Assembly (NCBI GenBank): GCA_009914755.4 | Contig: CP068257.2 | Location: forward strand, 44,224,001 to 44,288,000 | Direction of reading: 5' to 3' | DNA: 64,000 nt | Source of the DNA: the human T2T-CHM13v2.0 reference genome, Homo sapiens | In this document: piece after piece, positions 13,801 to 28,640 of the stretch | How the letters are laid out: each line of letters begins with the position of its first letter | Position numbering within the stretch: position 1 is the stretch's first letter | Translations under genes and position numbers: made by a program | The notes under the pieces: generated by a model | Database searches by the model: none | What the model saw: the letters and a program-made list of their open reading frames with translations, nothing else | What the model was told of the DNA's origin: nothing

Positions 13801-16800
13801 TCCACCTGACGTGTATCCCAGAACTTGGCTTAATGGGAGCAATTAGTCATCGTATGTGGTCAGAAGACAGGGAGATGCCGCTGTAATGAGCATGCCTGCT
13901 CATGTTTAAAAAATTACAAAATCGTAGCCCACCCCCAGTCGCCTTTAGGGGAGAATGCGTACCGCTATCTCCAGGAACAAAGCATGCCCTGCGCGGCCGG
14001 TGCTACTGGATGGATATTCCTTCGCTTCTATCAGTGGAAGATATCGCTGTTCCTGCAGAAATAACGAAATGGAACAATGCAGAAGCAACAAGGTGATGTC
14101 CCCTTTGTACTTCTCAGAAGAACCTCCGTGCCTCCCGCCCCATCCGCCACTGAGTATCTCATGCAGCGGCGTGTCCTCTGGCACCAGGCAGGGACTGATG
14201 TTCTCCCTCACATTGGCCTCATTCCTCTGGGTCCTGACTCATTTGGGAACTGAAAGGGCTGCTCGGTGGAGCTGGGTTTGAGGATGGTCTTCCGCAAGGC
14301 CCTGCAGACGCCACACAGCCTTCTCCATGTGTGGGGTGTGTGTTATCACCCGGAGCTGTGGGCTCTGCTCGGAAAGCGGGGACTGGTGCTGCTTCTGCAC
14401 GGCCAGGACCTCGGCAGGGCAGGCGGCTGTCCTGCAGAGGCCTCAGGCGGGCTCAGGGTGTGCACCCCCCACAGCCGGAGCCTCCCAAAGAAACATTTTC
14501 ACCCCAGCTGAGGTGACTGAAGGGACTCAGGGCCACAGGCCGGATGCTATGACAGGGTCTCCAGGACCCCCGCATGGACTGGACCATCTGTGGGCAGAGC
14601 CAGCAGGCTTGGCCTGTCCTGCCGCACTCCAGCCAGCAGAATAGCAGTGGGCTTCCTTCTCCAAGCATGGGCTGCGGTGTTTCAATGAAATAGGACAAGT
14701 CAGTGGCTCTCCACGTGTGACCCCTGGACCCCCCTTGCCATCACCTGAGAACCTTCTGGACCTTCTGGATCTGTAAATTCTCAGCTTTCCTCCCCACCAG
14801 ACTATGTCAGAAGCACTGAGGTAGGGCCCAGCTGAGTGTCCACACCTTGCACCCAGGGCCAGGGGCACAGCCTGTGCTGTTCAGTGAGCCATCAGGTCAG
14901 ATATGAACCAGACAGACCTGTGGCCCAGTGACAGGAATTCCAGGTGCACAGGCCAGGGTTCTTATCACAAGGAAATGACACAGGGCCTGCCCCATCTGCC
15001 CTGATGCCGAGCAAAAGAGAGGCTCATGGAACGTGAGAGGAGAAGGGGCTGTGGAGAAAATGTGGTCCTGCTCGCTCATGGTCAAGGTTAACAGGAACCC
15101 AAGACAGAGGCTGGGTGGGAGGGACGTTGTGGCAGAGGCTGTGAGGCCTCCAGGGGCTCAGGAGAAATGAAGGGTCTGTGTCTCTGGGGCAGGAACCAGC
15201 CACAGATGGCCTTAGGGGAGGAGAGGACCTGGGGAGGGGTCTGGTGGGAGGCGGGGGTGGCTGGAGCAATCCCAGAGAGGCTGAGGTGTTCAGGCTGGCC
15301 CCAGATGCACACGAGCGTGAAGCCTGTTCAGAAGCCAGCTCCTCACACCCTCTCCCCTGCCAGAGGCTCCAGCACCTCCTCCCCTCTCCTCTCCCCTCCC
15401 TTCCCTGTGGTCCTCCTGCCCACCCCACCCCCGTCTGCATGTGCACCGTCACGGAGATGCGTGTACTAGGGCGGAGGTCGGGGACAGTCGTCAGAAGGAC
15501 ACAGGAAAGAAGGGAACAGGAATCCCATAACAGAACATTATCCGGCAGGAGTAATTAACACAGGCAGGACTGGAGGCTTTGTTTTGTTTTGCTTAAAAAA
15601 CAGTGGTATTTAAATTAATGGGCATGGGAAGACTATTCAGTGAAAGACATCGGTCATTGAGGTATCTATTCAAAAACACGGTTTAGTACTCTGCCACACA
15701 CCGAACGCAACGCCACAGCAGCCATAGAAGCGTGTGTGGCTGTTTAACGTGGTCTTTTTGGGGAGGGCATCCTAGGCAGAGCAGGCGTGGAAGGGAAGGC
15801 GGCGGACGGAACAAAACGCGGGCACGCAACGGCTGCTGCGCCGGATCTGAGGCAGGGCCAGCCTGTGGGAGCAGCAACATCGCTCGCAGGACAGCGATGG
15901 AGCCCCCACGAATCAGCGTGAAAGCAGCAACCACCTAGAAATGAACGTACAGCTGCTTAGAAACAGAATACGGATGACCCGAAAGACTTCCCGATGGTAG
16001 TCACCAGCACACAGGACCTGGCACGGGCGTGCGGGCAGGGTGTGCCGCTACGGGGTCCCTGGCGCACCTGCTACCCCTGCTACCCGCATTCACCGCACGC
16101 GGAGGGTGCGGGCCGTGAAGGTTATACATGCAAATATCCTTCCACCAGCCAGTTCTCCTTCCAGGAATCTGCCACCCGACCCTTGTGTTGTGCACAGACA
16201 TGGTCCAGGTGTTTGCGACGTGATTGTTTATCAGAGAGAGAGAAGGGAAATCTCCAGGCTCGCTGTAGCTGCAGGAGCTCTGGGGGCTGCGCCCATCGTG
16301 GAGACGGATAGCTGTCTCTCATGAACACAGGACAGCAAGTCCGGCTGCGGCCACAGAAGACTCGCCCTCCTGGACGCAGCGTCTTCCTTCCTCAGCCCCA
16401 CACTGGAGGTGGCCAGTGCCATCCACAGCAGAAGGGGCCAGCCGGGACCAGGCTCACGCCGTGGAATTCTGCTCTGTGGTAAGAGGAAGAGCGATAGCTG
16501 GAACCCAGCGCCGTCGCACACACAGCGGGGAAGAGTCTCAGAAATGTTACTTTGAGTCAAAAAGCTGGACAAAAAAAGGCGCAAGCCAGATGGTGCTGAA
16601 GAGGCCACAGGAGGCTGGCAGCCAGGGGGTCTGGCACCTCACTCGGAGGCGCAGTGGGCCCGTCCGGAATTAGTGGCCATGCGGCAAGTGCCGAGTGGAC
16701 ATCAAACCGTCACTTCAGACTCCTGCGCTTCACTGCCTGTCGGTTATGCCTGGGTTTTGAAATCAAGTCACAGAACACCTGGAATGTGGTGTTTACGCAG

Positions 16801-17012
16801 AACAAAGCGGGTGCCTCGGAGGAGAGAGCCCAGGGACAGGGGCACCTCCCGGTGTGGGTGCCCAGGGTTGCAGGGTGGCTTCCTCTGTCTGCGCGGTTTT
16901 CAGAGCCCCAGGGTCCTGCCTGCCCGGCTGCCTGGAGGCGGCCCACATCCTGCTCTGCGCCGCCGAATCTCAGCCTGAACAGCTTCGCTGGTGTTTGTGT
17001 TGACTTATTTGT

Positions 17013-17014
<2 letters not shown>

Positions 17015-17040
<26 letters not shown>
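17015..17040. repeat. Poly(T) mononucleotide tract, T26
   Basis: An uninterrupted run of 26 T, followed by 'aaataaagg'. Confidence 0.95.
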
Positions 17041-17044
<4 letters not shown>

Positions 17045-18549
17045 AAAGGATTCCGATGCTGTTACAGTCAATAAAAGCCACAGGTCTGGGTGACCTACAA
17101 ATGTGTGTGTCTGACTTTCTGCAGTTTAAATCGCCACTGAGCCTTAGGGCGTCTGGCCCGCGCATTGAGGAATCCACGTGGGTCTCGGGGTCCCCATGCC
17201 TGCCCAGCTCCCTGCTTCAGCCTGGGCGGGTCTGGCGGGCATTTCTGCGAGCCTGTCCCTGGGCCCGCCTCCTGGCCAGACTTCCAGAAACATTGTCCAC
17301 ATCCCCGTTGCACGTCCCCCCGTCACCGGAAACTGCAGCCCACAGCACTGGGAAGAACGCGGGAGGCAGGCGTTAGGACGGGGTGGCCGAGACAGGGAAG
17401 GGAGCCATGGCGGACGTCCTCACCCAAGCCAGGGCTTCCTGCCCCTGTGGTACTGACAGGAGCCCCGCAGGACGTGGGGTTGGCTTTGGGCAGCTCGGTG
17501 GACACTTCTCTTTCAGATCCTGCCACAGCAAAGCTCACGAGACTCACTTCTTCCCATTGGAATTCAGTAAGAACAAATTCAACAATTCAGACGCCCCAGC
17601 TGGAGGTTTATTTTATGGATTTTACCTGTGCGGTATTTAGGGTTGTGTTTATGAATAAAGGTGTGCGTTCTGGCAAGTAGAAATACAGAGCTTGTCTTTC
17701 ACCCAAGTATCTGTAACTTTCTCCAGTGCAGACACTAAAATGCAATAAAAACAAACCAAACCCATTAAACATGAATTAGATGAGGCAGGCTGATGGGAGG
17801 TTGTGGGATTAACAGGCCGTCAGCGGATTGAAGCTGCGCACATCGCTGGGATGCTGCTGCGGGAGGATTCGGTCTAATCCGGGAGCATCTGGCTGGGCAG
17901 TGGGCAGCGTCTGCAGTCGTGGCTGCTTGAAGGTATGAAGGTTGTGGCCTTTGCTTCCCCCCATCAGGCTGCCCCACCCTGGACCCCACCCAGACCCCTC
18001 GGGCACCCTGGGGTCATCTTCAGCTCCCCCTTCTCTTCCTTCCTTCTCTTCCGCCTGGGCCCCTACTGTGACCCGAGGTCAGCAGAGGACCCTGGCAGGT
18101 GGCTGCTCCCTGGGACTCGACTGTGCAGGTGAGGCTTGGGGTGACCGCTGCTCCTGCTCCTGCTCCTCTCGCCGTCCCCACCCTCCTCCATCATGCTGTC
18201 AACATGCATGTGGGCTGCAGCCCTCAGCCTGCAGGACGCTGTCAGTGCAGCTCCTCAGTGGCCAGGGCAGCTCCACCACTGGGAGGAGATGGGTGTGGAG
18301 ACCTCGGTGGACAGAAGGGCAGTGGGGCCTGGGGAGTGTGACCCCAGGGCCCCAGGGCCTGTCCCCTCGCCACCAACGTTGCATGCCACCACACCTGGCA
18401 CCTCTTTGGATCCCTGCAGCCCTGATCACAGAGCTGCGTATGCATTCCCTCGCAGGCAGGGCCCACCAAGGTGCTGTGGCCGCACTGGGGTTTAGCACCA
18501 GTGCCTTCAAACCAGTGGTGCCTGGCCCAACCACTGACTCACACTGTGC

Positions 18550-18960
18550 TTAGCTTTTTAGTCGGATTTTTTTAGCTGTTAGTCACACTTCAGACTTTAA
18601 TTTTTTGTGTATGTTTCTTATCTAAGTTATCTTTATTTTTATTGAATTTATTTTTGTTCATTTATTTTTTTAGTTGTAATGTTATCGCTTTATCTTAATC
18701 TTCATAAATCTATTTTAACTACTTTTATCATTTATTTATCTTGTATCACTCATTTTATTCCCTTTAAAGTTTTACTCAACATTTATTATCTTCTGGGTTT
18801 TTCTTAGTGATTTTTTTTCTTTTGGGAAGATTCTTAATGGTTTTAGTTGCTTTAGCTTATATCTTTTTTAAGGAGATATTTTTAGCAGATACCATTTGTC
18901 ATATTCTTAAAATATTAAGACGCTGAAAGAAATGATTTGCTAATCTAATTTTAGCTTATT
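18550..18960. repeat. AT/T-rich low-complexity segment
   Basis: '...ttttttagctgttagtcacacttcagactttaattttttgtgtatgtttcttatctaagttatctttatttttattgaatttatttttgttcatttattttttt...'. Possibly an old repeat remnant; family not assigned. Confidence 0.45.
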
Positions 18961-19599
18961 TTCCTGTCATAATAGAGTGGTCTATCATCTTACCTGTGAT
19001 GACGAATGAGTCTCCTAAAAACATTAATTCATGCATCCACGGGACCTGCCAGCCCCATGCACACCCTTCCTAGGGCAGCAGGGAGGCCGGGAGCTGCGTC
19101 TCCTGCTTCCCTCCTCCCCAGCCCTCCATGGAGACACTCATGACCACCGCCTGCAGCCTTGTGCGGCCAGACCCGGTTGGGAGCAGCTCTGGTTGGCTGG
19201 AAGCTCCTGGGGTCTGAAGTGATGAGGCCTGGCCCTGCACCCCGGGCTCTTCCTGTGCACAGCAGGGTTGACTGGGAGGACCAGAGGGTCCAAACCCTAC
19301 TGCCACTGCCCACCGCCTGCCACGCGACCGTGGGCCAAGCCACTCAGTGCCTCTGGCCTCTGGCCTCTTTCCCCAGCTGCGTGTGTCCAGCTAGCAAGTT
19401 TGTGAGTAGTGTTACCCTGTTTCTGTTCCCACCACACTCATCCTGTTCTGAAGGCAGAGGGGATGGTGAGTCTTCTTAGGACAGGGAAGTCAGCCCTCTC
19501 ATGCGCAGAACCCCTGTGGCACCTGGCCGGCCTTCACACCAGGTCTTCACACCCCTCATGAGACCAGCCAGGAAATGGGGGCCCCCAGGGGAGGCTGTA

Positions 19600-19975
19600 T
19601 AGCCCAGTGCCAGGGAGAGCCCAGCACCCGCTGGGGAAGGCCATGCAGCCCAGTGCCCGGGAGAGACAGGAACCCCCTACAGGAAGGCAGTGCAGCCCAG
19701 TGCCCAGGAGAGATGGGAACCCCCCAGGGAAGGCCGTGCAGCCCAGTGCCCAGGAGAGATGGGAACCCCCCAGGGAAGGCCGTGCAGCCCAGTGCCCAGG
19801 AGAGATGGGAACCCCCCAGGGAAGGCCGTGCAGCCCAGTGCCTGGGAGAGACAGGCACCCCCCAGGGAAGGCCGTGCAGTCCAGTGCCTGGGAGAGACGG
19901 GCACCCCCTTGGGAAGGCCGTGCAGCCCAGTAACCCCCAGGAAGGCCATGCAGCCCAGTGCCCTGGAGAGCTGGT
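19600..19975. repeat. 46-bp minisatellite, ~8 copies
   Basis: Unit 'gcagcccagtgcccaggagagatgggaaccccccagggaaggccgt', period 46 (measured 19692 to 19738). This explains the periodic ORFs 19556-20065(-), 19575-20096(+), 19607-19933(+), 19677-20042(-) and 19690-20274(+). Confidence 0.85.
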
Positions 19976-22414
19976 GCCCTGTGACTGGGGTGGGGAAGGG
20001 GCTACGCGGGGCTTGCCTGAGTCCTCCTCCCTCCACCCGCACCCAGAGACCTTCATGGGAGACACCTCCTCTCCAGGACCCCAGGGGCAGGGGTGATACT
20101 GCAGAGGTGGCTCTGGGCTTCCTCCCCCTCCCCTGCCAGGTTCTGCTTCACTCTTGCAGCCTGGGCAGGGGCGTGGGGTGTGGAAGGAGAAGCGAGTGGC
20201 CCCTTATCTTCAATCCTTGCTGGAAGCTGCAGTCCCTGAGCCTAACCGGGCCACAAGAATGCAGAACCAGCTGAAAAGAGGCCAGGGCCACTGCCCTCTC
20301 CCCGCCCTTGGCGCCAGCATGGCGGCCACGATCTTTCTGGTGCCGCGGTCTCTGACTCTGTGGGAAGAAGCATCCCCGGACTTGCCTCTCTCCTCAGAGC
20401 CCCAGTTCCATGGAGGGAAGGTGGCTTCCATGCCTGTCTCTGGGAGTTTTCCTTAAGCAGCTCCTGGAAGGGTGCAGTGGCGTCTCCTGCTGCGGTGACA
20501 GTTCCCCTGGGATGTGGAAGGTCCCAGGCTTTGGAGAACTCTCCCGGAGCAGAGGCCTCCGTCCCCCCAGGGGACGGGCTGGGCTCCGATTTGGGGGCCC
20601 ACATGCATGAGTGAGCAAACACCCCAGAGGGTTGGGAGAGCGTCCGTTCGTGCTGGCGGCAGCTGTGTGCTGATGCTCCAACATGCTCCGCCTGGGCATC
20701 CCGCACGCCTTAAGTGAGCTGGAGAGGGGTGTGGACGAGGATGAGGGCTCTCCTGGGGTGAGGGTCCCTCTTCAGTGCCACATCCATGCAGACCCGTGTA
20801 GACCCAGGCTTTTTCTCCATAGCCAGGTGGGCTTTATTTTTCCTTAAACATCTTAGGTGGTTCTCAAGTAATCGGAGGCTCGTCTGCTTTTCATGCTAGC
20901 GGTGCAATGCCCCATTTTATCGTGTGTCTAAAAGGCGTCCCTGGTCCCGCATTTTTCCTAGTTTCCTCAGTTACCTCCTGTGACCATTTGCTGTAATGAA
21001 AGCTGGAAGGAGAGCTCCGTGCTGTACCCACCCACTTCTGTGAAAAGTGGGAACAAGAACACAGATTTGGAACCAGTGCTGTGCTTTTGTGTTTTGGTAA
21101 ATTGTCTTTACCTTCCCTGAGCTGTTTTCTTCCATTCCTGCGGGATTGGATTCAATTCTATTTGATGGTGATGGCTGTGGACAGTACTAAGTGCCCTCCG
21201 AGCTTCTACAGTGGAGCAGCCTGCTCAGTGTCCAGGCCCCGGAGCCCGCGTTGGGGCTGCGGTCCCAGTGCCCCTGCCACTGTGTGGCTGTCGGCATGGT
21301 CCAGCTGGCCTGTGGCTTCGGTGCTTGGAGGGCTGTGGCAAGGGCTGTCTGTGCCTGGCGCGTGGTAAACATTCTATCAGTGTGTTGTTTATTATTATTT
21401 GTATGGTTATTGGGGTTCTCCTTTAATTTATCAATTATGTTGACAGAATTTGTGATATAACGATGCCCATCCATTCCTAAAATGAATCCCATTAAGATAT
21501 TGTCTGATTAGTCTTCATATATACTGCTGATTGCATTTGTTCATATTTGATTTGGAACATGAGTTGGAATTTCTGTCTAGGTAGAAGCTGGAATTGCTGG
21601 GTCACAGCATGCGCCCACCATCAACCTTCCTGGGTGGCACCGAGTGGCTTTCCTCGGTGATACGGGCGAGCGGGGCGGGTCATCTGGTGTCATGTGCTCT
21701 CCCACGCTTCCTGGAGCAATTTTTGTTGGGCTGTGTCTTTACCTCTGGGGGCTGTGGGGTGTGTGCTGCGACTTTCTCCTGCCTCTACCTCCTGGCTGAT
21801 GCGCTCACTCCACTGCCCTTTGGATCACGGATTGGCCATGAGGGTGTCCCTCTGGGATGTGCCTTTTCAAGACCTCTGCCCACTCCTCTGTGAGCAACCC
21901 AGAAATATTCTCTGCATAGGAACCCCTTGTCATTAAACAACTGCATGTACCTTGTTTCACTTGTGGCCTGTATTTCTGTCCCCTCACAGTGTCAGTTGAC
22001 CCAAACAAAATCTTAATTCTAACGTGGTTTATCATTTCAGCCTTTTTCTTAACAGTCAGAGCTTTCTGGTGTCTGAAAACTCTGCCCTTCTCCCCCGCCT
22101 CCCAGCTCTGTGTAAATCTCCCCTGCCTCCCAGCTCTGTGTAAATGGTGTCCTGTGCTGTCTTTCAGACGCTGTGTCGTTTATGCTTCCCCTTGAGACGC
22201 ACAGCACCCAAGTCCACGTGAGGGTGGATTGATGAGGGGGTTCAGGTTTCATTTTATTCACCTGCCCGTGCAGGGGACCACGCGCTGGGTACTGAAAGGC
22301 CTTCCGCTCTGCCCATGTCTGTGCGCACCTGTTTTTCATGACCTTCTGTTGAATTATTCCATGGTCTACATGTCTGGTTTTTGTTGTTGTTGTCGTTGGG
22401 TTTTCTTGTTTGTT

Positions 22415-22658
22415 TGTTTTTTGAGACAGGGTCTCGCTCTGTCACCTAGGCTGCAAAGCAGTGGTGCAACCTCAGCTCACTATACCCTCCACCTCCCAGG
22501 CAGCTGGGACTACAAGCGTGCGCCATCGTGCCTGGCTAATCTTCAAATATTTTGTAGAAACAAGGTCTCCCGATATTGCCCAGCCTGGGCTCAAGTGATC
22601 CACCCGCCTCAGCCTGCCTAAGTGCTGGGATCACAGGCGTGAGCCACCACGCCCGGCC
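22415..22658 (-). mobile_element. Alu SINE (antisense), begins with a poly(T)
   Basis: 'ttttttgagacagggtctcgctctgtcacctaggctgcaaagcagtggtgcaacctcagctcact...cctcccaggcagctgggactacaagcgtgcgccatcgtgcctggctaat...ctcaagtgatccacccgcctcagcctgcctaagtgctgggatcacaggcgtgagccaccacgcccggcc'. Confidence 0.9.
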
Positions 22659-22736
22659 CAGGCTGGGCTCAAGTGATCCACCCGCCTCAGCCTCCCTAAG
22701 TGCTGGGATCACAGGCGTGAGCCACCGCGCCCGGCC
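22659..22736 (-). repeat. Tandem 78-bp duplication of the Alu end segment
   Basis: 'caggctgggctcaagtgatccacccgcctcagcctccctaagtgctgggatcacaggcgtgagccaccgcgcccggcc' repeats the preceding 78 bp with 3 mismatches. It creates the spurious ORF 22576-22803. Confidence 0.8.
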
Positions 22737-23112
22737 CGCTTGTCTATTCTTATGCCACTGTCAAATGAGCTACATTGCTGCAGCTTCATGTCTAGATCTC
22801 TAGTAAAATAAATCGGCTCACTTTGACCTTTTTCCTCAGGATATTCTTGAACTGATTAATTTTTCCTGTACATTTTAAAATCAGCTTGTCTATGGAATTA
22901 ATCTGTAGATCAAAATTGGGAGAATTAACATTTTAAATTATGGAGAGTTCGAGTCAATGAAAAATATGTTTTCTAATTCTCGGATCTTCTTTAATTGCTC
23001 TTTATGATGCTTTATAATTTCTACATAGAGGTTTCACACATCTTTTGTTGGGTCTATCCCAACTCTTTGCCTTCTTTCTGATGGCCTTATACATGGTATC
23101 TTCTTCTTCTTT

Positions 23113-23335
<223 letters not shown>

Positions 23336-23749
23336 AATGCTGTCTTCTTTTAAGATTTGATTTTCCGTTGCTGGCTGGTGTGGGGATGTGGAGCGCCCTC
23401 ACCCTGTGAAGGCATCCCTTCCCGTCACTGTGTCGGTCCCTGTGGTTTTCGCTGCCCGTGTCCCCTGTGCTGCTGCTCCTTGCTGCTGGCCTCTGGCTGT
23501 GTCACCAGCTCTGGAGTGGCCCTAGACTCACGAGAGAGCGTGCAGGTCCCAAACCGAGAGTGGCTGGAGGCAGGAGTGCTGCAGGAGTGCCTGGGCCAGC
23601 CCCCTGTCCAAGTAGGGAGCTCTGCCCAGCTCCCAAAAGAGCCTCCTCACAAAGCCAGTCACTGAGCCCGAGCAGCGCGGTCGCCCCTGACGCGGCACCT
23701 TCCTTCCAGGCTCCTACCTGGCTCAGGGCGTCCAGCGGCAGCCAGACAG

Positions 23750-23930
23750 GCTGGGGGCCCCTCCATGTTGCGCGCTCCGGCTGACTCACCGGGGCTGGGG
23801 GCCCTTCCACGCGGCGCGCTCCAGCTGACTCACCGGGCCTGGGGGCCCCTCCGTGCTGCGCGCTCCGGCTGACTCACTGGGGCTGGGGGCCCCTCCGTGC
23901 TGCGTGCTGCGGCTGACTCTCTGCTGCACA
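23750..23930. repeat. 44-bp GC-rich tandem repeat, ~4 copies
   Basis: 'ggctgggggcccctccatgttgcgcgctccggctgactcaccgg' repeated with point variants. Confidence 0.8.
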
Positions 23931-26130
23931 TGTGCTGGCAGCTGTTCCAGGTTGCCACATCCTGGGATTATCTTTTCCAGTAAACTGTGGGGTCAGCAGG
24001 CCCAGTACTCGCCTTGCTGCTGCTTTTCACCCCCTGCACCATGGGGATGCATTGGGTCAAGTCACACAACGTCAGAAAACTCAAATTCGATTAAAAACTC
24101 AGGTCTGCTACTGGGCTCCTGGGAAAGTGCAGAGTCAGTTGGGGCCACTCTGGCAGGCTGCAGTGCCTCTGCTTCCCCCTGGCTCAGCCTGCCCACACCA
24201 GCTTCCCCCAGGGGTCTTGGGACATCTACCAGCAATGGCCAGGGTGACGTCCCTCCCTGTCCAGGGCGAGAGCAGGACAGATACTGTCTCTGATGCCCTC
24301 CCAGTGAGCTGGGAAGTACCGCTCATTCGCAGCCTCTCCTCCTCATGCCCACTGACCCTGAGGCTACAGGGAGGTTGACCTTTGCTTCCTTCCAAGAGGG
24401 TTAAACTTCTACTGTTCACTTCTGGATCTTTCACCTATATAGGACACACATTTGAGGGCGAGGTGGGATCCGATGTTGATTTTCGGCTGTCTGGATCCCC
24501 CACTGCTCCAGCCCACAGCCAATTTCTCCACCAGACTGTGAGCCACTTGCAGACAATGGCTGTGCCCATGGCCCCGCATCCCCGGTGCCGTGTGGGAACT
24601 GAGGAAAGGTGTGGGGTGAGGAATGTTCCCGCTGGACCCTTTTTCATGGGCCAGTAGGATGTCCCTGCTGCGTTCAGCTTCCCACTAAGACTAGAGGGCC
24701 CGTGGAGCCTGAGATGTTGTGTGCAGCACCAGGGCACCGATGGAGCGGTCAGGGGCCAGAACCTGCCCTTAGGCAGGCGAGTCCACGTGCATCCATCACA
24801 GCCAGGACAGTGTCAGAGCCCAGACTTGACTCAGCTCTCAGGGTGGCCTACCCTGTCTCTCATCAGAGATATTACGAATCCCGAAATGAGCATTTGAAAG
24901 AATTGGAACATTTGTAGGAGGCACACTCTTACGTGGTTCCCAAAGGTGGGACTAAGGAACACTGGCACCATGAGGGAGCCTGGCTATGGTCAGGAAAATT
25001 CAGCATCTTCCAGACATGAGACCAGTGTGGCTGGGCCGCTGGAGCAGGGGAAGGTGAGCGGTCACTGTTCCCCACCGGCACCTTTGTCTGCCTTGACGCT
25101 GAGTAGCAGGGGAGCAGGCTGTTCAGAATGCTCGCCGAGGCCAGGCTGTGTAAGCCCTGGATGGCCTCCGAATGCCGCCTGTGACAGGCAGGAGCATGAA
25201 ATTCCAGAAGCCTCCCCTGCCCTGGGTAGCCTCAGGGACATGAAGTGCATGTGAGGCTCTCAAGGAGAATGTGGCAGCTAATCTGCCCTGTCATTTCCGC
25301 CGTCCTGGCCTCGTGCAGCCTGATGCAGGCACTGAGCTGTTAAACAGGATAAATCAAGTAGGGGCTGCTGCCACCCACCCCGCACTGTGTTCCCTCCCAC
25401 AGTCACATCCCCCAGACAGCTGAGGCCGTGAGTGCAGCCCTGGACAGAGCACAGCTAACGGGGGTATGGCCAGAGCCGCTGGCTGCGACAGCGCTCGCTG
25501 CGGCTGCGAGGACCCCAGATGGCGCTTTGCTGGCAAGGCTTCTCCCGCCTTCTCGGGGCAAGCAGTGGCACACAGGAGAGAGCTCAAGGCGCCTGCTGCC
25601 AGCCGCACTCACAGCTGTGTGACCGCCCTTCTACACTCCAAGGCATCTCTATGTTAATATCCAAACCTATTCATCCATCCCCCAGCAAACAAGCCTTACA
25701 ACTTGGGCCTCACATGACACTTTCAAACGTGGGTCTCTTCCTTTCGGGTCTGACGGGATGTCATTCACTGTTATTTTTGGCATGAAAATAGATGATGGAT
25801 TACCTCTCTGGTGGTCGGGAACCTAGGCCTGGAGCCAGCTGGTCACAGTTCAGGGTCATCGCACTGTGTCACCTCGTGTAAAACGGAGGAAGAGCTCGCC
25901 CTACTGTGTTAGGACAGCCTGGATTTATATATGGAAAAACATGGGGCTGTGGCCCTGTGTGGCCGCTGTTTCATTACACATCACTTCTTACTAGGGCAGT
26001 ATTCATTTTACTAGCATTCTGTTGATTTGAATATTTTTTTAAAAAAAGAGTAACTGGCAAATTTATCAGAATTTATAGTGGTACCAGTTTTAAACAGATT
26101 TTGCCAATTTAATCAATATAAAGATGAAAT

Positions 26131-26415
26131 GGCCAGGTGCAATGGCTCACGCCTGTAATCCCAACACTTTGGGAGGCCGAAGCAGCCAAATCACCTGAGG
26201 TCAGGAGTTTGAGACCCGCCTGGCCAACGTGATGAAACCCCATCTCTACTAAAAATACAAAAAATTAGCCGGGTGTGATGGTGGCACGCCTGTAGTCCCA
26301 GCCACTCAGGAGGCTGAGGCGGAGGAATTGCTTGAACCTGGGAGGTGGAGGTTGCAGTGAGCTGCTGTACTCCAACCTGGGCAACAGGAGTGAAACTCCG
26401 TCTTAAAAAAAAAAA
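26131..26415 (+). mobile_element. Alu SINE, full length with A-tail
   Basis: 'ggccaggtgcaatggctcacgcctgtaatcccaacactttgggaggccgaagcagccaaatcacctgaggtcaggagtttgagacc...' through '...ctgggcaacaggagtgaaactccgtcttaaaaaaaaaaa'. Confidence 0.95.
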
Positions 26416-27299
26416 TTAAATGAGGCTTTGATTCTGGTCAAATGGAGTGGGGGTACACCCCCCTGCCCCTCCCACTGAGCACAGCTGGGACTTCTGCACA
26501 GAGTGCTGGAGCAGCTCCCTTGGGACCGGGAGGCGGCAGTGGGAGCAGGCTGGAAAGGAGTCCAGCCCAGCAGGGAGCTTCCTGTGTCCTCACTGCCCTT
26601 GCCACATGGCCTGGACTCCAGGCAGCCACATACCCAGAAGTGCAGCCACAGAGAAGCTCCGCATTTCTGTCTGAGGATGGAGAGGGAGCTCCTGCTGGTT
26701 GGCATTTGCTCCACCTTCCAGTCTCTCCCATCCTCACCCCCAGGCGATCCTGTGGCAGCAGTGGCTTTGAGGGCACAGCAGCCTGACAGGCTGGCAACGC
26801 ACAGGGGCAGAACTTTTCTCTCCCACCAGAGGACCTGTGGTCTCAGAGAATGAAGGGGCCCTCCCAGGGCCATTTCCCATCCCTGCCCTCCGGGGTGGGG
26901 GGGTCCTCCCGGGGCTGTTTCGTGTCTCTGCCCTTCTGCCTCTTGGCCTTAGACAGGATGCAAGTGCAGTAAGTTTCTGGCACTGTGGCAAAAGCCAGGC
27001 CCTGGCCAGAAAGCCCTGGAGATCACAGAGAGGGGCGAGTTTGAAAAGGGGATTTCATGAAGTTGTGTGTGCATTCCTGGGCACTGCCTGCCCTCTCTAC
27101 GTCTGGGTCTGACCACAGACAGTACAGCAAAGGCTTTGACAAGGGGACTGCAGGGTTGATGGCCCCCAGGTCCCAGCCGGGCACTGGGTGGCACACACGT
27201 GGCACAGAGCTAAACAGCGGTGCAGAAGCTCTCAGAACAGAACAGACATTGGAGCCACAGCCCACAGAGGCTTTGGAACTAACTAGAACCACTGCCCGA

Positions 27300-28640
<1,341 letters not shown>

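Noticed and set aside
17015-18560. Possible minus-strand processed pseudogene/retrocopy ending in the T26 tract (poly-A tail on the minus strand), with the GC-rich ORF 17942-18553 (203 aa) as its remnant
   Set aside because: There is no AATAAA/ATTAAA on the minus strand within 40 nt upstream of the tract. The only AATAAA motifs are on the plus strand. I saw no target-site duplication, and the ORF has no recognisable domain. It is more simply a T mononucleotide microsatellite inside a GC-rich intron segment.
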